In this document: one piece after another, positions 23,271 to 32,355 of the stretch
Layout: the number at the start of each line of letters is the position of its first letter
Numbering within the stretch: position 1 is the stretch's first letter
Origin: Candidatus Bathyarchaeota archaeon
GTDB taxonomy: Archaea > Thermoproteota > Bathyarchaeia > Bathyarchaeales > Bathycorpusculaceae
Length of the DNA stretch: 64,000 nucleotides
Assembly: GCA_963815095.1 (NCBI GenBank)
Contig: CAWFFH010000003.1
Location: 1,440,001 to 1,504,000, forward strand
Direction: 5' to 3'
Notes under the pieces: generated by a model
What the model was told of the DNA's origin: nothing
What the model saw: only the letters and a program-made list of their open reading frames with translations
Database searches by the model: none
Position numbers and translations under genes: made by a program

Positions 23271-23908
23271 GCAGTAAGAAAAAAGGCGTCTACGGAAGCA
23301 AAGTCAAGAAAGCAACCCAAATGCTCTTTTACAAAAGGCACCAAAAACCAGGCGTAAAAGGCTGGGAACTCCACAAAGCATTAGGCTCGGACTATCCCAA
23401 AGTAATCGACTTGCTTGAGGATTATCTAAAGCCACTGGATTTGCAGGTTAAAGTGGTCTTTGAAGAAGAAAAAACACCTGAAAAACCAACCGTCGAAGAG
23501 CTTGATAAAGCACGATTCTTCGTTGCACTATCAAGTGGCACAGTTGCTAAAGATAAATTGATGGGTTGGCGCGTTGACGATTTAGCAGGTTTAGCCATAA
23601 CAATATCTTACATAATCAGCAAGAAAGGCCAAGCTGCACGCAAAGACATCGAAAAAATGCTAAGCGAAAAAATGCCAAATTGGAAGATAGGCCTAAACCT
23701 TGACCGATACATCCGCTACGGCTATCTAATGCAGGATGAGAAGGGACAACTGTTTTTGGATTGGCGAACAAGAGCCGAAGTAGACCAGAAAGCCCTAATC
23801 AACATGCTGCTTAACGCAGAAAAACAAACAGAAGAAGCCGCTGAACCCGCGCAAGAGTCAGAAGAATCTGATGAAGCAGAAACTGAAGTTGAAGAGGAAG
23901 ACACTTAA
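23267..23908 (+). CDS. Tandem winged-helix KITE-like subunit (ScpB/Nse1/Nse3-MAGE-like)
   Basis: TTGA overlap with kleisin stop; GLAITISYI...YIRYGYL...LDWRTRAE; acidic tail. Confidence 0.6.
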   Translation: MSSKKKGVYGSKVKKATQMLFYKRHQKPGVKGWELHKALGSDYPKVIDLLEDYLKPLDLQVKVVFEEEKTPEKPTVEELDKARFFVALSSGTVAKDKLMGWRVDDLAGLAITISYIISKKGQAARKDIEKMLSEKMPNWKIGLNLDRYIRYGYLMQDEKGQLFLDWRTRAEVDQKALINMLLNAEKQTEEAAEPAQESEESDEAETEVEEEDT

Positions 23909-23947
23909 ACTCTTTCGTCCCCGATTTGTTTTTTGTTTATTAGGCTT

Positions 23948-24115
23948 TTAATTCTTTGATTTTTTGAAGAACACAAAAAGCCCAATAGCGGCTACTGTTA
24001 CTGAGGCTAATGGGGCGACCACTTGACCCGCCGGCATTGACCCAAAGACAGACACAAGCACTCCTATCCCTATTAGAGTAGCCAGAACTAAGCCTAGAAC
24101 TACCCAAGTGTTCAT
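23948..24115 (-). CDS. 55-aa two-TM membrane protein (below ORF-track cutoff)
   Basis: MNTWVVLGLVLATLIGIGVLVSVFGSMPAGQVVAPLASVTVAAIGLFVFFKKSKN; GGAG SD upstream. Confidence 0.6.
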   Translation of the reverse strand: MNTWVVLGLVLATLIGIGVLVSVFGSMPAGQVVAPLASVTVAAIGLFVFFKKSKN

Positions 24116-24160
24116 GCGTATCTGCTCCTAAGATTTGTTTGAATGTTTGAGTCTAAAAGC

Positions 24161-24222
24161 TTTTTTGTCAAGGTTTCTTGACTAACTTGGAAAATGTTTA
24201 GTCAAACTTTCTTGACTAACCA
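24161..24222. other. Tandem dif/Xer-like 11-6-11 sites B and C
   Basis: TTTTTTGTCAA-GGTTTC-TTGACTAACTT (24161-24188); TGTTTAGTCAA-ACTTTC-TTGACTAACCA (24195-24222, arms 10/11 inverted). Confidence 0.55.
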
Positions 24223-24286
24223 AAACCTCACTTAACAATTGCTGCTTTAAATAAGGAGGGTTAACTAAAAAAAGGGTGCGCAAATA

Positions 24287-24853
24287 CTACGAAGATAGCA
24301 CCGCAACATAACAATTGATTTCGTCTTCATCCACGAAATCAACAGTCTCCATTCTTGAAGCGTCCACGATGTCCATGAATTTATCAAGCGAAAAAGCTTT
24401 TTTTAACCCGGTTACCACAACCCTGCCACTCTTTTTGGTGACGCGTTTGAGCTCCAGCAAAGTTACAGTTGGCTTGGGCATGTTCTGAAAAACAGTAAAA
24501 GCAAAAACAAACCCAAAAAGACAATTTGAAAAAGGTAAATGGTCCGCATCCGCCTGCAAAACAAAGGTATTCTGGGACGCTTTAGCGCGTTCTTTCGCTT
24601 TTAACAGAAGATTATGAGAAACATCAACACCCACAACCATGCCTGCTTGAGCCTCAACTTCCTTGAAAAATAAACCTGAACCACACCCCACATCTAATAC
24701 AGCCTTATTCGTTACATCGACTTTTTCAAGTGCTTTTGTGTACTTCCTCCTTTGCTCATCCGTATACTGCTCATCATAACTATCTGCAGTCACATTGTAA
24801 CGCAGCATTACTTTGCGTTTGTTTCTCCAACCCATTGGTGCTAGTTCCTTCAA
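24287..24853 (-). CDS. Class I SAM-dependent methyltransferase
   Basis: VLDVGCGSG, VGVDVS, ADADHLPF. Confidence 0.88.
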   Translation of the reverse strand: MKELAPMGWRNKRKVMLRYNVTADSYDEQYTDEQRRKYTKALEKVDVTNKAVLDVGCGSGLFFKEVEAQAGMVVGVDVSHNLLLKAKERAKASQNTFVLQADADHLPFSNCLFGFVFAFTVFQNMPKPTVTLLELKRVTKKSGRVVVTGLKKAFSLDKFMDIVDASRMETVDFVDEDEINCYVAVLSS

Positions 24854-24900
24854 GAATTCTTATGTACCCAATGCCTGACTAAAATAGTTGGCGAAACACG

Positions 24901-25689
24901 ATGCAACAACAAAACAAACTCGCAGTGCAAACGGAACCCACATTAGCGGATGCTGCTGTACTGATTGAGAAAGCGTTTGCGCAAAGAAGAACCCTAATCG
25001 TTGCAGGAAATTGCCATGTGCATTATGCTGGCAGAGCAAACTCTAAACTTGAACCCGGCGAACGTCTACTAATTATCAAATCCGACGGCTCACTGCTTGT
25101 GCATCGACCAGTCGGCTACGAACCTGTCAATTGGCAGCCTGCCGGAAGCATTTTCCATGTCCAAGTCAAAGATGGCGAGCTGGAGGTTCATGGGGTTCGC
25201 CAGAAACCTCGGGAGAGCGTTCGTGTTGCATTCGACAAAATCTTAATGGTTTCTGCCCTTAATCTCTCTGATTCAGGCGACTTCCTGTTGCACGCCAGCG
25301 AAGACGACATGCACCGAGCAATCCTTTTGAAGCCTGAACTTCTCGAGGAAGGTTTTAAGCCAATTAGTTGGGAGAAAAAAGTTGAGCCAGGATTTGTAGA
25401 TATTTATGGTGAAGACAAAAATGGTAAGCTCGTTATAGTTGAAGTTAAACGCAAAACGGCTTCAAAAGAGGCTGCGTTGCAGCTGGCAAAGTATATTGAA
25501 CCCATCAAAGCCAAAGTTAACCGTGATGTACGCGCCATTTTGGCTGCCCCCAGCCTTGGTAAAGATGTTCAGCGCGTGCTGGTGACTCTTGGTCTTGAGT
25601 ACAAGATGTTGGATCCAAAAGTCTGCGCTGAAGTGCTAAAAAAAACTGAGAATTCAAAGTTGGAGACTTTTTTTAGCCAAGAAACCTAA
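24901..25689 (+). CDS. nucS: Endonuclease NucS/EndoMS
   Basis: CHVHYAGRA, LIIKSDGSLLVH, PVNWQP, VDI...EVKR...QLAKY. Confidence 0.95.
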   Translation: MQQQNKLAVQTEPTLADAAVLIEKAFAQRRTLIVAGNCHVHYAGRANSKLEPGERLLIIKSDGSLLVHRPVGYEPVNWQPAGSIFHVQVKDGELEVHGVRQKPRESVRVAFDKILMVSALNLSDSGDFLLHASEDDMHRAILLKPELLEEGFKPISWEKKVEPGFVDIYGEDKNGKLVIVEVKRKTASKEAALQLAKYIEPIKAKVNRDVRAILAAPSLGKDVQRVLVTLGLEYKMLDPKVCAEVLKKTENSKLETFFSQET

Positions 25690-25692
25690 AAG

Positions 25693-26040
25693 CTATTTAC
25701 AGTTTGGATTTGCTCTCCAAGTCAAGGTGCTAAAGATTGAGAGAAAAAATAGAGAAGCCAAGATTGCGGCTTTAAGAAAGGTAAATGCTTGAATGGTAGA
25801 CAAGAGCAGGATCGCGGCTGGAAATGGGCCGATCAAAACATAGAAGAAGATGGTTATTGGCAAGCCATAGGTTTTTTTGTAGTCTTTGAGGCTGCGTTTC
25901 CCAAAATACAACGCTGCCAACCTTCCTAAACCAAACGTGCATTTCTTGCAGTTATAGCAAGGACGAAGACACCCTAGAAATTTTAGGGTGCCATAAATAC
26001 CGATGAGCGCAACCAAGAAAAATATTGCTCCAGCAGCCAA
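25693..26040 (-). CDS. Hypothetical membrane protein with CxxCYxCxxC motif (start may be further upstream)
   Basis: Hydrophobic segments; CLRPCYNCKKC. Confidence 0.6.
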   Translation of the reverse strand: MAAGAIFFLVALIGIYGTLKFLGCLRPCYNCKKCTFGLGRLAALYFGKRSLKDYKKTYGLPITIFFYVLIGPFPAAILLLSTIQAFTFLKAAILASLFFLSIFSTLTWRANPNCK

Positions 26041-26299
26041 ATTGAAGGCCCAAACCCTATAATGTCAAGTGTTATCCAGATGACTAATGCAATATTGCCT
26101 ATTATTGTGAAGGTTTTAGGGAACTCGATCGTTTCGCAGATTCTTTCGCTTCCAGTCAGCATAGTGTTGAAAGATAGACAAGAAGTTTCTACTACAACGC
26201 TAATACTTGCTGAGTTTCAACATATTAAATGTACAAAAACTTTTGACTGTTGAAAAGGAAAATTTGCAAGCAAGCGCAAAGAAACTTGCTTTAATTTGA

Positions 26300-26866
26300 T
26301 TATTCTTTTTGTTTGCCGTTTTCTTCAGGAACCAAGACAGCTGCGGAAACAGTTGTGGTCCAGAGGCCGTTTTTGTCGCCGGCTGCAGATTGGGTTGTGT
26401 TGGCAGTTTTAATAATTAGGCCGGTGGTTTTGAAGAGTTGTTTGCGTTCGTCCCATGCGGTTTCTGGGTCAAATTGGATACCCATGGTTGTTGCAAGCAT
26501 GGTTGCGGCGAGGTCTTCTGCGTAGTCGCCTGCTGTTTCGTCGGTTTGTCCGTAGGAGTGGTGTTCAGAGAGGTAGCCGTATTGGTTTTTGCCTGAGGGA
26601 ATGGCTACGCCGATGGATGATGCGACAAGTCTGTGGGGTTCGTTGGTTGCGTTGCGGGCGATGACGACAAAGGTGATTTCGCCTGGATGAATCATCTTTA
26701 AGCCTTTTTCTCGTGTAAGCAGTTCGCATCCGGGTGGGACAATGCTGGATACGGCAACAAGGTTGCACATTTGGATGCCTGCATCTCGCAGGGCTAATTC
26801 GAATGATTGGAGTTGTTCTTTATGTTTACCAACTCCTTTGGTGAAAAAGAAATATTTTGGTATCAT
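26300..26866 (-). CDS. pdaD: Pyruvoyl-dependent arginine decarboxylase
   Basis: [19 protein letters not shown] self-cleavage site, GYLSEH. Confidence 0.93.
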   Translation of the reverse strand: MIPKYFFFTKGVGKHKEQLQSFELALRDAGIQMCNLVAVSSIVPPGCELLTREKGLKMIHPGEITFVVIARNATNEPHRLVASSIGVAIPSGKNQYGYLSEHHSYGQTDETAGDYAEDLAATMLATTMGIQFDPETAWDERKQLFKTTGLIIKTANTTQSAAGDKNGLWTTTVSAAVLVPEENGKQKE

Positions 26867-27006
26867 GTTAGTGTCGGAAAATAGGATTACTGAATGTATT
26901 TATTAGGCTTTTGTTTTAAAAATCATAACTACAAATATTGGTCCCTTTCATATCAGGCTGTTGATTAAATTATTTGCTGAAGGGCAATGTTCTAACCAGA
27001 TTTGGC

Positions 27007-27804
27007 TTAACCTATTTGGAAAGCACGCATCGAAACTGAACCATTCTGGAACCCTTCGTGGATAAATTTTAGCGTTTCATCTTTTCTTTGTAGTCCAATT
27101 GTGTAAATCATTGGCAGATAATGATCCTGTGTAGGTACTGCGTAACTTGCCTCTTTTCCCAAGGAATGATAATTGATCAGACCTTTGTGATTTCCAGAAA
27201 CCAAACACTGCTTAACTCGCTCATCAAATTTTACGGCCCAATCAAAAGGTTTGGCATCCATGTCAAAATCGATAAGTCCCAAGTTGTGAACAATGTTACC
27301 GCTGCCAATGATGAGCACGCCTTTCTCTCTTAGTGGAGCAAGCTCTGAGCCTAAATTGTAATGAAATTCAAGAGGCTTCGGGTTCCAATCGTTATATGAA
27401 TAATCTAGACTCATTTCAAAAACTGGGATATCAGCAGCTGGATACATATGCTTTAAGACTGCCCAAGCAGCATGATCTAATCCCCAGTTTCCACACCCAA
27501 TCTGAGCAGACTTTCCCGCCTTGATGGTTAATTGAGCATTTTCCGGTGAACCAGGACTTGGATACTTGAGTTGATATAATTCTTCAGGAAAGCCATAGAA
27601 GTCATAGATAGTCTTTGGTTTTTCCACACAAGTCACAAATGTTCCTTGTGTTAACCAATGAGCTGATATCACCAGTATAGCTTTTGGCTTAGGAATTTCT
27701 TTGGCTGCTTTAACCAGACTATCAGTATAGCTATTTTTGAGAACAATGTTCATGGGCGAGCCATGACCAACAAAGAGAACAGGCAAATTTTTAGTTGTAT
27801 CCAT
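27007..27804 (-). CDS. ygiD: 4,5-DOPA extradiol dioxygenase (LigB/YgiD family)
   Basis: FVGHGSPM, ISAHW, GLDHAAW, GSGNIVHNL, DHYLP. Confidence 0.9.
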   Translation of the reverse strand: MDTTKNLPVLFVGHGSPMNIVLKNSYTDSLVKAAKEIPKPKAILVISAHWLTQGTFVTCVEKPKTIYDFYGFPEELYQLKYPSPGSPENAQLTIKAGKSAQIGCGNWGLDHAAWAVLKHMYPAADIPVFEMSLDYSYNDWNPKPLEFHYNLGSELAPLREKGVLIIGSGNIVHNLGLIDFDMDAKPFDWAVKFDERVKQCLVSGNHKGLINYHSLGKEASYAVPTQDHYLPMIYTIGLQRKDETLKFIHEGFQNGSVSMRAFQIG

Positions 27805-27904
27805 TTTACCTTGCCTTACTTTTAACTATAAACACTTACTCTAAAACAGTTTAGTCTATCTAAGCTAAAGAGATTTCTTTATTTGAAATACAAACTTATA
27901 CATT

Positions 27905-27920
27905 TATGTTTTAAAACATA
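27905..27920. promoter_or_regulatory. 16-bp perfect palindrome over TATA-like box upstream of cdc6 operon
   Basis: TATGTTTTAAAACATA. Confidence 0.5.
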
Positions 27921-27963
27921 GTATTACCCAAAAAAACAATACTTTACCTGAAGGAAAAACCGT

Positions 27964-29154
27964 TTGGCGCCGCAACAAAGTGTGTTCAAAGACGAATCAA
28001 AACTCGACATAAACTACATCCCAGCAAAGCTGCCGCACCGCGAAACCCAACACCGCCTCCTCATGGAATTCTTCAACTTCATTTTGCGTTGTCCAGAACG
28101 CATGGCACAACGAGTCATATTAACAGGTGATGTAGGCACTGGAAAAACTGCTCTCGCCCAACATTTTGGAGCAAACATCACCTCAGAATCCAACAAACGA
28201 GGAATAAAATTTCGTTATGTCCACGTTAACTGCCGCGAATACCGAGGAAGCCTCTCGCCGATTCTGCATTGCGCGGTCACCGTTTTCCGTCCTAACTACC
28301 CCGCCCGCGGGTATGGTTCCGAAGAAATCTTGGGAACTCTCATGCAGGTTTTGGACGAAGAAAACGCCACAATGATTCTCACCCTTGATGAATTTGATAG
28401 CTTGATCGAGAAGGAAGGCTCCGACGCCGTGTACAAACTGACACGGTTGCAGGAGATGCGGCAAGGCAAACCACAGCGGCTATCGTTCATCTTTATTATG
28501 CGTGACTTAGCGGCAATTGAACCGCTAGATGAGAGCGCTAAAAGCACGCTACAACGTAGCATCATTCGATTAGAGCGTTATGGAAAACCGCAACTCATCG
28601 ACATCTTAAAAGACCGTGTCACCATGGCGTTTGAGTTGGGCGCGGTGCCCGAGGATGTGGTGGATTTGATTGCGGAGTTGGCTTTCACGGAGACTGGCAA
28701 TGCCCGCTTCGGAATTGAATTGTTGTGGAGATCAGGCAAATACGCTGACGCCGAAGACGCAGGTGCCGTAGAACCCGAGTGTGTTCGACTAGCAGTTTCT
28801 TCAATTATTCCTGGTTTACGTCGCAGTGAGTTGTCAACTTTGGGTTTGCATGAGAAGTTGTTCTTGCTTGCCGTTGCGCGTTACTTTAAGGAAAACGAGC
28901 AAGCCTATGTTTCTCTCTCTGAAATTGAGAAAGCCTATGCGGTTGCATGCGAAGAATTCGACGAGACACCTAACGGTCATACACAAATTTGGAACTACGC
29001 CCAATACCTCTCAAAACTCGGCATAATAAAAGCAGAGACAGCAACTGCCGAAACACGCGGACGCACAACAAAACTTTCTTTGCCAACCATCCCAGCGGGT
29101 GAATTGGAGAAGGAATTAACTGCGAGTTTGCAATCCAAAACAGAGCGAGCGTGA
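27964..29154 (+). CDS. cdc6: Orc1/Cdc6 replication initiator
   Basis: YIPAKLPHRE, GDVGTGKT, YVHVNC, LDEFD, GNARFGI, C-terminal wHTH with RGRT. Confidence 0.93.
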   Translation: MAPQQSVFKDESKLDINYIPAKLPHRETQHRLLMEFFNFILRCPERMAQRVILTGDVGTGKTALAQHFGANITSESNKRGIKFRYVHVNCREYRGSLSPILHCAVTVFRPNYPARGYGSEEILGTLMQVLDEENATMILTLDEFDSLIEKEGSDAVYKLTRLQEMRQGKPQRLSFIFIMRDLAAIEPLDESAKSTLQRSIIRLERYGKPQLIDILKDRVTMAFELGAVPEDVVDLIAELAFTETGNARFGIELLWRSGKYADAEDAGAVEPECVRLAVSSIIPGLRRSELSTLGLHEKLFLLAVARYFKENEQAYVSLSEIEKAYAVACEEFDETPNGHTQIWNYAQYLSKLGIIKAETATAETRGRTTKLSLPTIPAGELEKELTASLQSKTERA

Positions 29155-29158
29155 GCGC

Positions 29159-29425
29159 ATGGAAATAGAGGAAGTTTTTTCTTCAAAATCTCGCGTGAAA
29201 ATCTTAAAACTCGTCTATCAACTGGGGCAACTTAATGTTTCAGATGTTGCTAGGCGATTAAAACTGAATTTTGCCTCAACCAGTGAGCACCTGAAAGTTT
29301 TGGAGTCTGAGGAGATTTTGCAGGAGCGCACTTATGGTCGTGTTCGCATGTACAGGTTTAATGAGGGTTCAGCAAAAGCTAAAGCAGTGCAAAACCTATT
29401 AGACGTTTGGGAACAGGATAAGTAA
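29159..29425 (+). CDS. ArsR-like winged-helix transcriptional regulator
   Basis: VFSSKSRVKILK, LNVSDVARRL, SEHLKVL. Confidence 0.85.
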   Translation: MEIEEVFSSKSRVKILKLVYQLGQLNVSDVARRLKLNFASTSEHLKVLESEEILQERTYGRVRMYRFNEGSAKAKAVQNLLDVWEQDK

Positions 29426-29437
29426 GGTTGATTTAGC

Positions 29438-29875
29438 ATGGCTATGGTTGATGTTTCGGGTAAAGCAGAAGTTTTCAGGGAAGCAACCGCGACTGGTTCG
29501 ATAAAGTTGAAGTCAGAGACTATTGGTTTAGTTCAGGATGGAAAAATCGCTAAAGGCGACCCCCTCTACACCGCGAAGATTGCAGGCGTGCTGGCGGCTA
29601 AACGAACAAGCGATTTGATTCCTCTTTGTCATCCATTACCATTGACTAATGTAGAAGTAGACGTGAAAGTTACCGATAAAACAACAGTATCCGCCACTGC
29701 AACCGTAAAAACCAAGGCCCAGACGGGCGTAGAAATGGAAGCCCTAACCGCAGTTTCTCTCGCGCTACTTACGGTTTGGGACATGACAAAACAATACGAA
29801 AAAGACTCCGCAGGACAATACCCTTCTACTACGATTGAGAACATTCACGTGGTCAAAAAATTTAAGCAGGTATAA
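29438..29875 (+). CDS. moaC: Cyclic pyranopterin monophosphate synthase
   Basis: MVDVSGK, LIPLCHP, TGVEMEALT. Confidence 0.96.
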   Translation: MAMVDVSGKAEVFREATATGSIKLKSETIGLVQDGKIAKGDPLYTAKIAGVLAAKRTSDLIPLCHPLPLTNVEVDVKVTDKTTVSATATVKTKAQTGVEMEALTAVSLALLTVWDMTKQYEKDSAGQYPSTTIENIHVVKKFKQV

Positions 29876-29877
29876 TT

Positions 29878-30411
29878 ATGAGTGAAAGTTCCAAAGGACA
29901 TAAAGCAAAAGCCCCTAAAATCCTGAATTTTGGCATTTACATCTGCAGCACCTCACGTTACAACCAAATTGAAGCTGGCGAAAAAGATGTCAGCGATGTC
30001 GGCGGCGGCACCATTGTGGAACTGCTCGAGAAGGCTGGGCAAAAAGTGGTCTTCAAAAAAATTGTTGCCGATGATGAAACGATGATTCAGGATGCGGTTA
30101 TGTACGTAATGGGTTTAAATGAGGTGGATGTCGTAATCTTTTCAGGCGGCACAGGCATAACCCCCACAGACATCACGATTGAGACGGTTTTGCCATTCCT
30201 GGACAAAGTCTTGCCGGGGTTTGGCGAGTTTTTCCGCAGAATAAGCTTTGACCACGTGGGTTCCGCAGCTGTTTTATCTCGCGCTATAGCTGGAGTTGCA
30301 AGGGGCAAAGCTATCTTTTGTATCCCAGGTTCGCCTGACGCTGTGAAAACCGCGGTGGAAATACTTATTTTGCCCGAGGCTCCTCACATCGTTAAGCACG
30401 CACGTGAATAA
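29878..30411 (+). CDS. moaB: Molybdenum cofactor biosynthesis protein MoaB/MogA
   Basis: GGTGITPTDIT, LPGFGE, SRA, PGSP. Confidence 0.92.
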   Translation: MSESSKGHKAKAPKILNFGIYICSTSRYNQIEAGEKDVSDVGGGTIVELLEKAGQKVVFKKIVADDETMIQDAVMYVMGLNEVDVVIFSGGTGITPTDITIETVLPFLDKVLPGFGEFFRRISFDHVGSAAVLSRAIAGVARGKAIFCIPGSPDAVKTAVEILILPEAPHIVKHARE

Positions 30412-30413
30412 CG

Positions 30414-31355
30414 ATGAGTTTAACAGACAACTGCGGCAGACCGCTTCTAAACCTTCGAATTTCGATTACTCAGCGATGTAACAATCGCTGCGCCTACTGC
30501 CACCGAGAAGGCGAAGTGCAACGTGCAAACCGCTCGGCAGAGTTAATGTCTGTGCAAGAAATCGTTCGCATCACTAAAGTTGCCGTAGGTTTAGGGATTG
30601 CGCGGATAAAGTTGACTGGCGGCGAACCCCTAATGCGCAAGGACCTGCCTGAGATCATCCATGGAATATCTGAGATCGCTGGCTTGAGAGATTTATCATT
30701 AACCACAAACGGCTTATTGCTCGGCGGAGGCATGGCAAAGAAACTAAAAGACTGTGGACTCAGACGTGTAAACATAAGTTTACCTTCCTTAAATCCAGAA
30801 ACCTACAACAAACTGACAGGCGGAAACCTCGAAGCCGCGTTGCAGGGTGTAAAAGCTGCTATTGAAGCAGATTTTCGTCCAGTTAAACTAAACACGGTTG
30901 TTTTAAAAGACGTTAACGTAGGCGATGTACCCGATCTAATTGAATACGCTGGACGCAATGACATTGTTTTGCAGCTTATCGAACTTGACCCTGTAAACGT
31001 CGGTGACAAATACTACCTTGAACACCATCGAAGTCTAGAAGAACAAGAAACTATGCTTAAAGCCAAAGCCATCTCAGTTGAGAAGCGTCCCTTCATGCAT
31101 AACCGCCTAATCTACCACCTCCCAAATGCAACAGTCGAAGTTGTAAAACCTATAGAAAACACCGACTTCTGTATGCACTGCACGCGAATGCGCATCACCA
31201 GTGACGGCAAACTAAAACCCTGCCTAATGCGAAACGATAACTTGACTGACATTTTGACGCCTATCCGTAAAGGCGCAAGCGACGAGGAACTGCAGGAACT
31301 TTTTGTTAAAGCTAACTTTTTGAGGGAACCCTACAATAAACCTAATACATTGTAA
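30414..31355 (+). CDS. moaA: GTP 3',8-cyclase (radical SAM)
   Basis: CNNRCAYC, LTGGEP, FCMHCTRMRITSDGKLKPCL. Confidence 0.95.
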   Translation: MSLTDNCGRPLLNLRISITQRCNNRCAYCHREGEVQRANRSAELMSVQEIVRITKVAVGLGIARIKLTGGEPLMRKDLPEIIHGISEIAGLRDLSLTTNGLLLGGGMAKKLKDCGLRRVNISLPSLNPETYNKLTGGNLEAALQGVKAAIEADFRPVKLNTVVLKDVNVGDVPDLIEYAGRNDIVLQLIELDPVNVGDKYYLEHHRSLEEQETMLKAKAISVEKRPFMHNRLIYHLPNATVEVVKPIENTDFCMHCTRMRITSDGKLKPCLMRNDNLTDILTPIRKGASDEELQELFVKANFLREPYNKPNTL

Positions 31356-31357
31356 GG

Positions 31358-32122
31358 CTAACTTTGATTTGACGCATATTTTGTTCTGAATCTATTTTGG
31401 GCAGCTTTAAAATCGTTTCGAATGGACTCGTTTTCTGATTGCGCTGGTATTGTCTGCTGCTTGTCTGATTTGCCTTTTGTTTCCAATAGTTTGTCAGCGC
31501 ATTCTTTGGCTTCCTCTTTTCGGTTAAGCCTAGCCAACATGATTCCTTTCCCAAGCATAGCATCTGTGAAGTTAGGTTTCAGTCGGAGTGCTTGCTCAAA
31601 AGATGCCAAGGCTTTCTGGTAGTCTGCAAGGTTGCTCCACATGAGTCCGATGTAGTAGTCGATTCTGGCGTCGGTTGGTCTTTGCATTTTTGTATCTTGA
31701 TAGCATTTGAGGGCGTCTTCGAATCTTTTGAGTTTTTGAAACGCGATGGCTAAACCCAAACGGAACTCCAAGTTATTTGGATCCAACTCAACAGCTTTTT
31801 TGAAGCATTCAACTGCTTTTTCGTTCAGATTCATTGCGGTGTAGGTTGCTGCTTTTAGGCGGTAGGCATCGGCAAATCTTGGGTCAATTTGGATTATTTT
31901 GTCGTAGGATTGGAGGGCTTCTTTGTATCTGCCCAGTTTGCCATAAATTACGCCTTTTATGAGCCAAGCATCAACATAGTCTGCTTGGAGCGCTAAAGCT
32001 TCTTCAAGTGACATCAATGCGCTTTCATATTTGCCAGTACTTTCGTAGACGACAGCATTTTTGAGTTTGGTAGCTGCTTTTATGAACGTAGGCGGTCCAT
32101 TGTTTATGTTTTGGTCAACCAT
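31358..32122 (-). CDS. Tetratricopeptide repeat protein
   Basis: Multiple 34-aa TPR units; start placed at ATG 32122 (track extends to 32206). Confidence 0.88.
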   Translation of the reverse strand: MVDQNINNGPPTFIKAATKLKNAVVYESTGKYESALMSLEEALALQADYVDAWLIKGVIYGKLGRYKEALQSYDKIIQIDPRFADAYRLKAATYTAMNLNEKAVECFKKAVELDPNNLEFRLGLAIAFQKLKRFEDALKCYQDTKMQRPTDARIDYYIGLMWSNLADYQKALASFEQALRLKPNFTDAMLGKGIMLARLNRKEEAKECADKLLETKGKSDKQQTIPAQSENESIRNDFKAAQNRFRTKYASNQS

Positions 32123-32355
32123 GTCATCAACCGGCAATTCTTGGCAGTTAGCTAAAGTGTCACATTGGTTAATTCGATTTATAGGTAACCGCCTAAAAAA
32201 ATGCAAACTGCCCTCAGGAAGATGTTCGGTTTAACAACGCATGTTGATAAAACAATAATTGAAGTTAACAAACGAAAGACAAATAACCATTATAAATGGT
32301 GAAGAACGTTTTTTTTGTATAAATACTAATTAAAATTAAGTTGAAAAAGAATGGC

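Noticed and set aside
20527-23908. Wadjet (JetABCD) or Rad50/Mre11 system
   Set aside because: No JetD/Toprim nuclease or Mre11 adjacent, no zinc hook, and head motifs are SMC5/6-like
24275-24290. GGTGCGCA resembling the E. coli dif XerC arm
   Set aside because: No matching second arm; it fits the terminator region of the - strand methyltransferase gene
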